DNA from: Mobula hypostoma
Lineage: Eukaryota
NCBI RefSeq assembly: GCF_963921235.1
Contig: NC_086108.1
Location: 98,458,001-98,522,000 of the forward strand
DNA length: 64,000 nt
Direction: 5' to 3'
This document shows, piece after piece, positions 26,440 to 37,934 of the stretch; the stretch's first letter is position 1; the number at the start of each line of letters is the position of its first letter. Below the pieces are notes generated by a model. That model was given only the letters and a program-made list of their open reading frames with translations, was not told where the DNA came from and did no database searches. Both the position numbers and the translations under genes were made by a program.

Positions 26440-27800
26440 AAGGGACAAAAAGCTGAAAAACCTAGGGGTGCATAAGTCACCTGGGCCAGATGAACTGCAC
26501 CTTAGGGTTCTGAGCAGGTTGCGGTAAAAATTGTGGAGGCATTCGTAATGATCTTTCAAAAATCATTGGACTCTAGCATGGTTTCAAAGGACTGGAAAAT
26601 TTTCAAATGCCACTCTACTCTTTAAGAAAGGAGGAAAGGATTTGGAAAGGAAATTGTAGACCAGTTAGCTTGACCTCAGTGGTTGGAAAGATGTTAGAGT
26701 CAATTGTCAAGGATTAGGCTGTGGAGTACTTGATGACTCAGGACAAGATAGGACAAAGTCAGCATGGTTTCCTTAAGGGAAAATCCTGGTGACAAACCTG
26801 TTGGAATTCTTTGAGGAGATTACAAGTAGGATAGATAAAGAGGATGCAGTGGATGTTGTATACTTGAACTTTTAGAAGGCCTTTGACAAGGTGCCACATA
26901 TGGGGTTGCTTACCAAGGTAAGAGCCCATGATAATACAGGAAAGTTACAGGCATAGTTAGTGCATTAGCTGATGGGTAGGAGGCAGTGAGTGGGAATAAA
27001 AGGATCCTTTTCTGGCTGGTTGCCATTGACCTGTGGTGTTCCGCACAAGTTGGTGTTGGGACCGCTTCTTTTTATGCTGTATGTCGATGATTTAGATGAT
27101 GAAATAGATGGCTTTGTTGCCAAGTTTGCAGATGATACAAAGATTGGTGGAGGAGCAGGTAGTGTTGAGGAAAGAGGTAGGCTGCAGAAGGGCTTGTTGG
27201 AAAATGCATGGTCATGTACTTCGGTAGAAGAAGTAAATGTGCAGACTATTTCCTAAAGAGGGAGAATATCCAAAAATCTGAGATGTGAATGGACTTAGGA
27301 ATCCTTGTGCAGAACACCCTGAAGGTTAACTTGCAGGTTGAGTCAGTGGTGAGGAAGGCAAATGCAATGTTAGCATTCATTTCAAGGGGTCTAGAATACA
27401 AGAGCAAGGATGTGATGCTGAGGCTTTATAAGGCACTGGTGAGGACTCACCCTGAGTAGTGTGAACAGTTTTGGGCTCCTTTTCTGTGCTGGCATGGAGA
27501 GGTTCAGAGGAGGTTCACATGATTCCAGGAATAAAAGGGTTATCATACAAGGAACGTTTGATAGCTCTGGGTCTGTACTCGCTGATATTTTGAAGGATGA
27601 GGGGTGGATCTCATTGAAACCTTTCGAATGTTGAAAGGCCAAGACAGAGTAGATGTGAAAGGGATGTTTTTCATGGTGGGGGAGTCCGGGGAGTAGGGCC
27701 TAGGAAGGGAGAAAAGGATCAGCTATGATTGAATGTCAGAACAGACTCGATGGGCCAAATGGACTAATTCTGCTCCTATGTCTTATGGACTTATGGTCTA
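26440..27800 (+). mobile_element. Decayed CR1 RT region to 3' end
   Basis: RPVSLTSVVGK, KAFDKVPH, GVP..VLGPLLF, KFADDTKIGG. Confidence 0.85.
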
Positions 27801-30332
27801 TTATCATGTGATCGCTTAGCCTCCATTATTTAAGGCAGAACAAAACACTCCTATCCATTCTCTTCCCATAGCTAAATTATTCCAATCTGGTGAATCTCCA
27901 CTTCACTCTCTCCAATACTTTAACTTCATTACAATAGTGTGCCAACTACAACTGTGCATAAAACTTAAAGTGCAATCTAACCAATGGTTTCTAAAGTTGT
28001 AATATAATATCCCAACTTTTATATTCAGTGCTCTGACATATGAAAGCAAATATGCCTTTTGTTTTCTTCACCGCCATATCTAACAGTGTTGTCATTTTCA
28101 GGGAACCAGGGGCTTGCTGGTCATCAATAATCCTTAGCACCCTACCATTTAGAGCATATGTCATGTCCTTATAAAAATGACTTCTCAAAATGCATCACCT
28201 TGCTCATAAATTCCCTGAGCAATACAGCACATTCCAATGAGTCTATACGATCACTAGCCCGCCCAGCTTGTCAGGATTAACTTCCATCCACCAAACTTCC
28301 CATCTGTTCTGTATCCTGCTGTAGCCTTAAATAACTTGCCTGACTAGCCACAACATCACCAACTTCTGTGTCATCTGGAGACTTCATAATCGTACCTCTT
28401 ACATTTACGTCCAAGTCATTATTATATGTCACAAGCAACAATAGCCGCAGAACCAATCCTTGCAGCGTACCACTGGTCACCGGCTTCCAATCCGAGAAGC
28501 ATCCTATCAGCAAAGTAATTTGGGATTCAATTAGCCATCTTATATCGCTTCCTTTCAAAATTAACCTGCTGGACCAACCGGTTATCCAAAATGATTCAAG
28601 AAAAACTTGGGTATAGACTGTGGCTTATTACGTTGTTTATTCCCTCTGCTCTGTCGACTCCTTTCTCCAGCTGTCCAATATAAAATATGCCCTCCTCTCA
28701 CTACAATTCTAATCATTGGCCATTGATCAGATCATTAGCTGTATTTCTCTCTCCACAGTTGCTGTCCAGCCTGCTAAGTATTCCAACATTTTCTATTTTC
28801 ATCTGTGTTCCTTATTATCTGTATGAAATTCCAGTTTGTGCAATCTTCATGTTTTGATATCATTTCAGATTGTTACTGAAGCTGCCTTTGCTGCTTGTCT
28901 TGGCTTTTTGGTCGTAGTTACCAGAATGTGAACCGCAGCGAAACCAGTTGTTTGCGGAGGATGAAATGCTAGAGCATTCTGGGATGTCGTTTCCATTGGC
29001 ACAGTAACTGACACGCAGGTCTTGTCCAATCAACTGCTGTAAGTCATCAGCCAGTCCTTCATGTAAGGCGCAGTCTAAAATAGCAGCAAGGTTGTCATAC
29101 AAGGCCTCGCTATTGCCTCAAACTGCTTCTGGCTCCTGTCCCAAGCTTAAAGTTTTCAGCTATTTCCGATTCCTTCCCATTGAAGTAAACTAGGTTCTGC
29201 ACAAATAAACAATAAGCAATCTCCTTGCAAACTTGCTAAGATTTGTTCAGCATAACTAATACTTCAAGGTCAAGCCCCAAAAGAGACTGTTTTTATCACA
29301 TGTCATGGCATTTTGAGCTGTTTATATCACTTGCTCCTTCAAACACCAGGATTCCATTTGCTTTAAAAAAAAAGTTAATTTCTCCACAAGGGGGAACATG
29401 AGGGAGATCTTCTTCATTCAGAGGGTGGTGAGAGTGTGGAAGGAGCTACCAGCAGAAGCAGTGCATGCCCGTTCCATTGAAATATTTAAGAGAAGTTTGG
29501 ACAAGTACATAGTTGGGTATGGTATGAAGGGCCAATAGGACTATGCAGAATAACAGTTCAGCATAGACTAGATGGGCCAAAGGGCCTTTTCCTGTGCTGT
29601 AGTGCTGTATGAGTCTATGACACCTGGACAGTTCTCAGGTTCATTCTCAAATGCCTTGACTCTTGAGATAGTCAGAGGGGAAATCGTCTCGTCCTCTTCT
29701 GTTCAACCGTGATGTGCTGAAATTTGATTCATTCAATAATCCAGCAGTGCAATCAAAGGCCTTGGTCAAATAGGTTCCCCGCTGGAAAACAGCAAAGGAA
29801 ATCCGTCCCTGCTACAGACTGCTATGGACAACCTTGGTGCAAAGAAACTTAGAAATGGGACGCAAGCCAATGTTCGACTCCATTTCGCCAATTAAAGCAT
29901 CGAGAAAGATTGAGACATCGAGGCGAATGCAGAAGGTGAGTCAGAGTTCAGTACCGGCTACCTGCGTTTTACCAGAGAAAGAGTGTGTGAGTGGCCTGTT
30001 GCTGTGTGGCTATCGCTGGATAGGCCTCTGCGTTCGTGTGGTGTCCTTCGCTTTTGATGATGTTGGTGGTGTTGGAGGATGTTACCATGGTTCTGCGTTG
30101 ATCTTCTTGTTATGTTTTGTGTGGAGGGGAGGGGGAGGAGGGTTTTGGGATTGATGATTGAAATGCTATTTTTTTGTGCAGGGTGTGGGTTTGATGCTTC
30201 TCTGAACTAATTTAAAATTCTTTCTTTGCTTTGTGGCTATCTGGAGAAGACGAATCACAGAGTTGAATATGGATACATACAGTACTTTGATAATAAATGA
30301 ACATTTGAACCTTTAAAATTTTCCAAATGTTT

Positions 30333-30927
30333 CTCTGGACAACAGAGGTTTTGCTTCCTGAATACTCTTGGCTGCATCTTATGGACTTAGGGTTGCTGAT
30401 TATGAAAATCACCATGAAATTTCCCTATCACACACCATGTTTGAAAAAAGTCACACATATTCGTTATTTCAATTCATAATTCACATCAATTAAAATGTTG
30501 CCCACAATGTAAGCTGAAACCATGAAATTCAACTTATCTCTAAAGATTAATTTTCTGCATTCCCATTCAGTGATGAGCATGGTGAAAGGTTTCACTAGGA
30601 CATTACGGTCATGGAGAAACGATATCAGGGCAACTGGAATCCATCAATGCTGGTTGATTATTGTTGGACACTTAAGTGAAAAGCCTTAAGCACTGAGTAC
30701 AAATGAAAATCATCAGCAAAACATTTTTAGCTTAGTTGAACTATTGCAAAACATCTGCAGCATTATGCAATTAAACACATATTCAAATAAGTTAATTTCT
30801 TGTTCCTCCAAACTCCTACATGACACAAGTAGTCTGAAATTATATTTGTGTTCAGCTTCAAGTGGTCTATCGTAAACAAAAAAACTTCTGAGAAAGCAAT
30901 GCTTTCGAAAAAGTTTGTTGTCCAGTG
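30333..30927 (+). mobile_element. Chapaev3-like (CMC superfamily, RAG1-related) non-autonomous DNA transposon
   Basis: TIR ctctggacaacaga / tttgttgtccagtg, 3-bp TSD ttt; remnant SLKINFLHSH / SDEHGERFH*DITVMEKRYQGNWNPSMLVDYCWTLK. Confidence 0.75.
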
Positions 30928-32936
30928 TTTTCCACGGTCCCAACGAAAACTGAGATCACATTCTCGTTACCAATTTACAACGACTTTACAAATAACTGAC
31001 GGCATTTTTAAAAAAGAAAGTGGTTCTACAAAGGGCAGCAAGGTAGCATAACATCTAGCATTATGCTTTATAGTACCTGCGATTGGTGTTCAATACCCGC
31101 AGCTTTCTGTAAGGAGTTTGAATGTTCTCCCTGTGACCCTATACGTTTCCTCCGAGTGCTCTATTTCCCTCCATGTTCCAAAGGCATATGGATTAGTAAA
31201 TTGTGGGCACATTTTGGCGACGGAAGCGTGGTGACACTTTTGGTTATTAGAGGCCCCCAGCATATCCTTGGACCGTGTTGGTCATTGATGCAAACGGTGC
31301 ATTTCACTGCATGTTTTGATGTAGATGTGATAAATAAAGCCACTCGTTATCTTCATCTTTATTTGAAAGGCCAGTCACTTAGCCTTATCCGTTGTAATAG
31401 AGTCACATCCTATTTCAGCTACTGACTGCTTGACCTTTTCATTGTTGTATTGTTCTGAAGCAGGACCACACATGTAAACAGGACCACAGTTTTGAACCTG
31501 TCTATGTTCTCCTATAGGAAGCTACTTGAAACCTTCCTCTTTGTCTGAACCTTTGAACATACAGCAGCAAACAATCGGCTGGGGGAACTCAGCATGTCGA
31601 GCAGCATCTCTGCCAGGACAGGAACTATTGATATCCCATTTCAAAAGCCTGCATCACAAAGATCAAACTTGTTCAGGTGCCTGAAGAGCTCATTTGCAAT
31701 TCTGCACCTATCAAGCTACTTAAGTTAATGTGAAAAAAAATCATTTTGCTCCATCATGCCACCACTGATAAACCTTCTATGAGAACAGGTCAGTAAAATG
31801 CGTTTTACTGGTTGATAGAGATAGGTCCACAGTTGTAAACACGAAAAAGTCCACAGATGTTGGAAATCCAAAGCAATACACACAAACGAGAGAGAGCGTG
31901 CAGAGGAGATTTACAAGGGTGTTGCCTGGATTGCAGAGTATGCCTTAATAGAATGAGTTGAGAGAACTTGGTCTTTTCTTCTTGGAGCGACAGGATGAGA
32001 GGTGACCTGATAGTGGTATATAAGATGATGAGAGGCTTTGATCGTGTGGATAGCCAGAGGCTTTTTCCTAGGGCTGAAATGGCTAACACGAGGGGCATAG
32101 TTTTAAGGTGCTTGGAAGTAGGTACAAGGGGATATCAGAGGCAAGTTTTTCACAGAGAATGGTGGGTGCGTGGAATGCACTGGCAGTGAAGGTGGCAGAG
32201 ATGGATACAATAGGGTCTTTTACAAGACTCTTAGATAGGTACATGGAGCTTAGAAAAATAGGGGGCTATGTGGTAGGCAAATTCTAGGAGGTTTCTGGTC
32301 GGCACAACATTGTGGGCAGAAGGGCCTGTAATGTGCTGTAGATTTCTATGTTTTCTAAATGCTGGAGGAACTCAGCAGGTCAGGCAGCATCTATGGAAAT
32401 GAACAAACATTCAACGTCTCGGGCCAAGATTCTTCTTCAGGATTCAGTTTACAGCTGTAAACTGTTTAACAAAGATCAAATCTCTTAACTACAGCCTACT
32501 TGAGTGACATACGCAAATGTCTTGTATACAGCTAGTGCGCTTAAGACTTTTGCAGTGTACTGCATTTGTCAATGTGGAGCGGAGAGTAAGTTTGTAAATC
32601 TGGCAGGAGCAAAGGATGTTGAGAATGGCAGGGAAGGGTTGCCAGGAGCCGTGGTTGGCGCAGTTCCAGACACACTGAATTCTGAGACAACAAGCAAGGT
32701 CATTTGATTCCAAACAACTAGTTTATGGGTCATTGCAGTATGTCTCTCTGGTGCGTCTCACTCCTTCCTCTCTCCCTTCCCCTTTTCCCAACTATGATTC
32801 CCCTCTCCCTGCCCCCTTCCCACTCTCAGTCCACAACAGAGACCCGTATCAGAATCAGGTTTATCATCACTCACATATGTCATGAAATTAGCTTTTTTTT
32901 TGTAGAAGTGGTATAGTGCAGTACATAAAATTACTA

Positions 32937-33004
32937 GAGGACTGTGGAAGTGTCTGGACACGCTAGCTATAGATATGTGTGTCTAAGAATTTTGCACAGT
33001 ACTG
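32937..33004. mobile_element. 68-bp Tc1-type MITE
   Basis: TA on both sides; right TIR ttttgcacagtactg, same family as 23547-23936. Confidence 0.55.
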
Positions 33005-33134
33005 TATACAGTAGTATAATTTCAATACTAATATAAAATCTCAATTGCATAATGTCAACAATGAAAAGATGAAATTGAGATTTACAGATTTATTTATTTA
33101 TTGAAGTACACTGCAGAAGAAGCCCTTTCAGCTC

Positions 33135-33593
33135 ACAGCAAAGTTGCTGGTGAACGCAGCAGGCCAGGCAGCATCTCTAGGAAGAGGTACAGGCGACGTT
33201 TCAGGCCGAGACCCTTCGTCAGGACTAACTGAAGGAAGAGCTAGTAAGAGATTTGAAAGTGGGAGGGGGAGGGGGAGATCCAAAATGATAGAAGACAGGA
33301 GGGGAGGGATGGAGCCAAGAGCTGGACAGGTGATTGGCAAAGGGGATATGAGAGGATCATGGGACAGGAGGTCCGGGAAGAAAGACAAGGGGGAGGGGGA
33401 ACCCAGAGGATGGGCAAGAGACAGAGGGAGAAAAAGGAGAGAGAGAGAAAGAATGTGTGTATATAAATAAATAACGGATGGGGTACGAGGGGGAGGTGGG
33501 GCATTAGCGGAAGTTAGAGAAGTCAATGTTCATGCCATCAGGTTGGAGGACGGAAGTTAGAGAAGTCGATGTTCATGGCGGAAGTTAGAGAAG
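33135..33593 (-). mobile_element. Young 5'-truncated Penelope insertion
   Basis: TSD tcagctc (33128-33134 / 33594-33600); highly similar to 36260-36703 and 62695-63180. Confidence 0.85.
33190..33227 (-). ncRNA. Minimal type I hammerhead ribozyme motif, catalytic core intact
   Basis: UAGUC CUGACGA AGG-gucucgg-CCU GAAA C GUC GCCUG; one mismatch in stem I; loopless palindromic stem III (ACGU). Confidence 0.75.
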
Positions 33594-34099
33594 TCAGCTC
33601 GTTGAGCTGCAATGCCTGCAACCTACCTATTTAACCCTAGCCTAATCACAAGACAATTTGCAATGACTGGTAGGTCTTTGGACGGTGGGAGGAAACTGGA
33701 GCACCCCGAGGAAATCCAGAGGATCACAGGGAGAACATACAATCTCCTTACAGGCAGCAGTGGGAATTGAACCCGGGTGGCCTGTACTGTAGAGCGTTGT
33801 GCTAACCACTATGCTACCTTGATGCCCCGTATTGCCATAACATATTTGAAGTCAGAAATTAACTACCCTTCCAATGAATTTGTTTTTGACAATAGCAATA
33901 CCTCATTGTAGCTAACTGGATAACCTCCTTAAGTATATGAAAAAAAATCCTTGTCTTCTAGTGAGTCAACAGAGCGTGATTGACATATATAGAGAGTGGA
34001 CACATTGACCAGTTTTTACCATAAAGACAAAAATGATAGAAATGAAAAGGTAACCCCTAATGCTGGATTTCTATTCCAATTGCTGCACCAGTTTTTTGT

Positions 34100-34528
34100 C
34101 CTTACTTACTGCCCATTGTATCACTGGCATTTAGGGCAGCAATGAAGGTCCTCCATCTCTGGTGGTGTTCAGGGCTTCCTTCATCATGTCAGTAGCCTCC
34201 TCTCAGTTTTCACTACTCTCAGTCATGCAGGTCTCAGGCGGAGACTCAGGAATACCGTCGCACTCAGATGTAGAATGATTCTTCATTGCTGTTTCCATAA
34301 CGGTTTTGTTTTACCAGTCAGTGTTGGTAGCCCTGAGCTGAACCCCCGAACCTGGAGGACCAGTGAACCACTCTCAGTCTGGCCTCTACCCTTTGATCTG
34401 TTTGGCATGGGTGACCCTACCAAGAGCCAAAGCATAAAGCCCTGACTCCAGTCAGCATAGCTCTCCTGGTCATTGAGTCACAAAAGCCTCCAAACCCAAT
34501 GACAAAGTTGTGGTCTTGTTCGAGGAGG
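34100..34528 (-). mobile_element. Non-autonomous RTE-derived element, copy 2
   Basis: Reverse-complement match to 1024-1442, with gtaagtaag tail. Confidence 0.65.
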
Positions 34529-35119
34529 TTTTTATCCTATAATAGTATTTAATGTTTCCTATAGTGGGGGTGTCCAGGACGAGAGGACACAGCCTCAGAA
34601 TACAAAGATGCCCAAATACTAGGCACCTAAATGCTATAATGGAACAGAAATAAGAAGGAATTTCTTTAGCCAGATGGTAGTGAATCTGTGGAATGGAATT
34701 CATTATCACAAACGGCTGTGGAGGCCAAGTCATTGGGTATATTTAAAGCGGAGATTGATGAGTTCTTGATTAGTAAGGGTGTCAAAGATTACAGGGAGAA
34801 GACAGAAGAATGTGTTTGAGAGGGAAAATAAATCAGACAGGATCAAATGTTGGAACAGACACGATGGGTTGAATGGCCCAAGTCTGCTCCTATGTCTTAT
34901 GGTTTTATGGTCTATTTTACAAACCAATGCTTACTTGCACTGTGTGGCAGCTTGTGTTGAAATAATAGATGACTAGCCGAGCCAAAGGACAAATAACAGC
35001 GCGGCAGTTTAATTTGTGTTGTGAGTATGGAGGAAGAGATGTCGGGAGCTTCTTCTGCATTGACGGATGTAGTAGGTGCATGATTTGTGCAAAGACTGTG
35101 GCGTTGATAATCAATTTCA

Positions 35120-35200
35120 CAGGGATTCCCAAACTTTCCTTATGACATGGGCCAATACCATAACACAAGGGTTATGTGGAACCCAGGCTGGGAACTCCTG
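35120..35200. mobile_element. 81-bp hAT-Charlie-type MITE
   Basis: cagggattcccaa ... ctgggaactcctg imperfect TIRs; TSD not recognisable. Confidence 0.55.
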
Positions 35201-35927
35201 CTGTAAAGGGAGGCTCCAGATAGGGGAGAATTGGGTTGTCAGTCAGGGAAGGGGATTCTGACTTCAGGGGTTGGGCATACTAATCATAAACACAAGAGAT
35301 TCTGCAGAAATCTAGAGCGATGCACACAAGGTGCTGGAGGAGCTCAGCAGGTCATAACTCATGACCTGAAAGAATAAACCAATGCCATCGAGGCACATTG
35401 GTCTATGTGGGAGCTTGCTATTCATGAATTGCCTGTTGAATAGTAACTGTGACCAGACTACAAAAGTGACTATAGAACTTTCTGTGGGCAGAAAGGATGT
35501 TATACCTGTCTAATATCTTCAGTGGTGAGACAGTGACTCAGCGGCCAGACTTGAGGAAGCATAGAGTGGCTGGGCAGTTGTAACATTGAGTAGTAGTAAT
35601 GCAATCACTCGAGCCGAGTATGATGTTCCCCTAAGGGATTGTCTATTAGTGACTCCTCGCTCAAATGGCTGTAGAGGCTGATCCAGGATCCACGTATTCT
35701 GATACAGTAGGACACGAGTAAGTGGTGGCTGTGGTCAGTGACTGAGTCTTTTAGTTGTTCAGTCTCTCCTTTAGGAGCTGCCACTTGTTCTCTCTGGCAC
35801 ACTGGAGATCATTCTCATGTAGTGCAGCTCCCTCTTGAACAGATTTCCTCCAGGTGCAGCTATTGAGTGCAATGTCTTCCCAGTTTTTAGATGTAATGTT
35901 GAGTTTCTTCAGGCTGATTTTGATATT

Positions 35928-36703
35928 CCCTTACACTTCCTCCCTTACCACCATTCAGGGCCCCAGACAGTCCTTCCAGGTGAGGCGACACTTCACCTGT
36001 GAGTCGGCTGGGGTGATATACTGCATCCAGTGCTCCTGATGTGGCCTTCTATATATTGGCGAGACCCGACGCAGATTGGGAGACCGCTTTGCTGAACACC
36101 TACTCTCTGTCCGCCAGAGAAAGTAGGATCTCCCAGTGGCCACACATTTTAATTCCACATCCCATTCCCATTCTGACATGTCTATCCACGGCCTCCTCTA
36201 CTGTAAAGATGAAGTCACACTCAGGTTGGAGGAACAACACCTGATATTCCGTCTGGGTAGCCTCCAACCTGATGGCATGAACATTGACTTCTCTGACTTC
36301 CGCTAATGCCCCACCTCCCCCTCGTACCCCATCCGTTATTTATTTTTATACACACATTCTTTCTCTCACTCTCCTTTTTCTCCCTCTGTCCCTCTGATTA
36401 TACCCCTTGCCCATCCTCTGGGTTTCCTTCCCCCCGCCCTTGTCTTTCTCCCTGGGCCTCCTGTCCCATGATCCTCTCATATCTCTTTTGCCAATCACCT
36501 GTCCAGCTCTTGGCTCCATCCCTCCCCCTCCTGTCTTCTCCTATCATTTTGGATCTCCCCCTCCCCTCCAACTTTCAAATCCCTTACTCACTCTTCCTTC
36601 AGTTAGTCCTGACGAAGGGTCTCGGCCTGAAACATCGACTGTACCTCTTCCTAGAGATGCTGCCTGGTCTGCTGCGTTCACCAGCAACTTTGATGTGCGT
36701 TGC
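35928..36703 (+). mobile_element. Penelope insertion (GIY-YIG C-terminus + terminal repeat)
   Basis: TSD ttgatatt (35920-35927 / 36704-36711); VIYCI...YIGETRRRL. Confidence 0.88.
36604..36641 (+). ncRNA. Minimal hammerhead ribozyme motif (AUC variant)
   Basis: UAGUC CUGACGA AGG-gucucgg-CCU GAAA C AUC GACUG; stem I fully paired, stem III palindrome broken by a CpG-type change. Confidence 0.65.
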
Positions 36704-37934
36704 TTGATATTACCTGTGAAGTGTTTCCTTTGTCCACCAGGGGCTTGGTGACCTTCCTTCAACGGGGAGTAAAGGATCTGTTTGGGGAGACGTGAGCTCG
36801 GCATCCAGATTAAATCACTTATCCATCGGAGTTGGTTTTGCATCATCATGGTTGAGAGGTGTTCAGTTTGGCCTCCTCCAGTACGATCGTGTTGGTGTGC
36901 CTGTCCTTCCAGCTGATCCTCAAGATCTTTTGTAAGGATCTTCGGTGGTATTGTAACACTGAATAAATTCACCACAAGTTTATGGTGAAAGACCAATCTG
37001 CATTTTAAATTGGTCTAACACCCCGAGCCACTCCACTGGTGGGGTGGGCTGCCCCCGACAAGGTATTGTTTGCTTAAGCCATCATCTTGCTGTTCTCCAG
37101 AAGCAGAGTTTGTGTGTGATGGAAAATATTTCCTTTCATCTATATTGCCTCTCTTGACCGAAGTGCAATACAGCCAATGTAGCATCTTCTGAAATGAGGA
37201 CACGCAGTTATAAAAGAGAAATCAAATTTGTTTACTGTAATGTCACAGTGACCTGAAAATCTGTTTCACTGATGTTTGTTTGGTGATAAATATTGGCCAG
37301 TACATGATTAAACTTTGAAAATGTTTCCTTGTGAGTTTATTTGAGCTACTCCAGACGAAAGGTAGCAATTGAGTTTAGTGGGCCATATTGCTCAGTTGAC
37401 TGATGAGGGATTAGGGGAGCAATTACTGGCATTTACCTGAGTTTTAGGTCAGGAGATGACTGCACTCCAGTCACTAAAGTGCACTAACTGGCCCAGACTT
37501 CAATAAACCAGCTTTTCACTGTGTTGTCACGTTAGTGGCAAAGGAGGCTTTTGCCTTTGTATTAGTGGACAGCTGTGCTACCAATGATCTAATCTCAGCT
37601 GAGAACATAAGAACATAAGAAATAGGAGCAGGAGTTGGTCATCTGGCCGATCGAGCCTTGACTCTGCCATTCAACAAGATCATGCCCGATCTGGCCATGG
37701 GCTCAGCTCCACCTACCTGCCTTTTCCCCATAACTTTCATTTCATCTGCTATGCAAATATTTATCTAACTATGTATATTTTATTAGGTAGTCTCTCCTAC
37801 TTCCCTAGGCAGAGAAAGCCACAGATTTACTGCTCTTGGCAAAAAGCAATTTCTCCTCATCCCCATCCCAAATCTATTCCATTCCCCTGAATCTTTAGAA
37901 TATGTTCCCTAGATTTTTAGATGTTTCTATGAGG

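Larger units (their letters stand above)
35790..36990 (-). mobile_element. Old RTE/BovB-like LINE 3' fragment, split by a Penelope insertion
   Basis: QLRW...RLPKQILYS.LKEG....GGQRK...IK, continuing SLKKLNI...WEDIA after the insertion. Confidence 0.7.
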
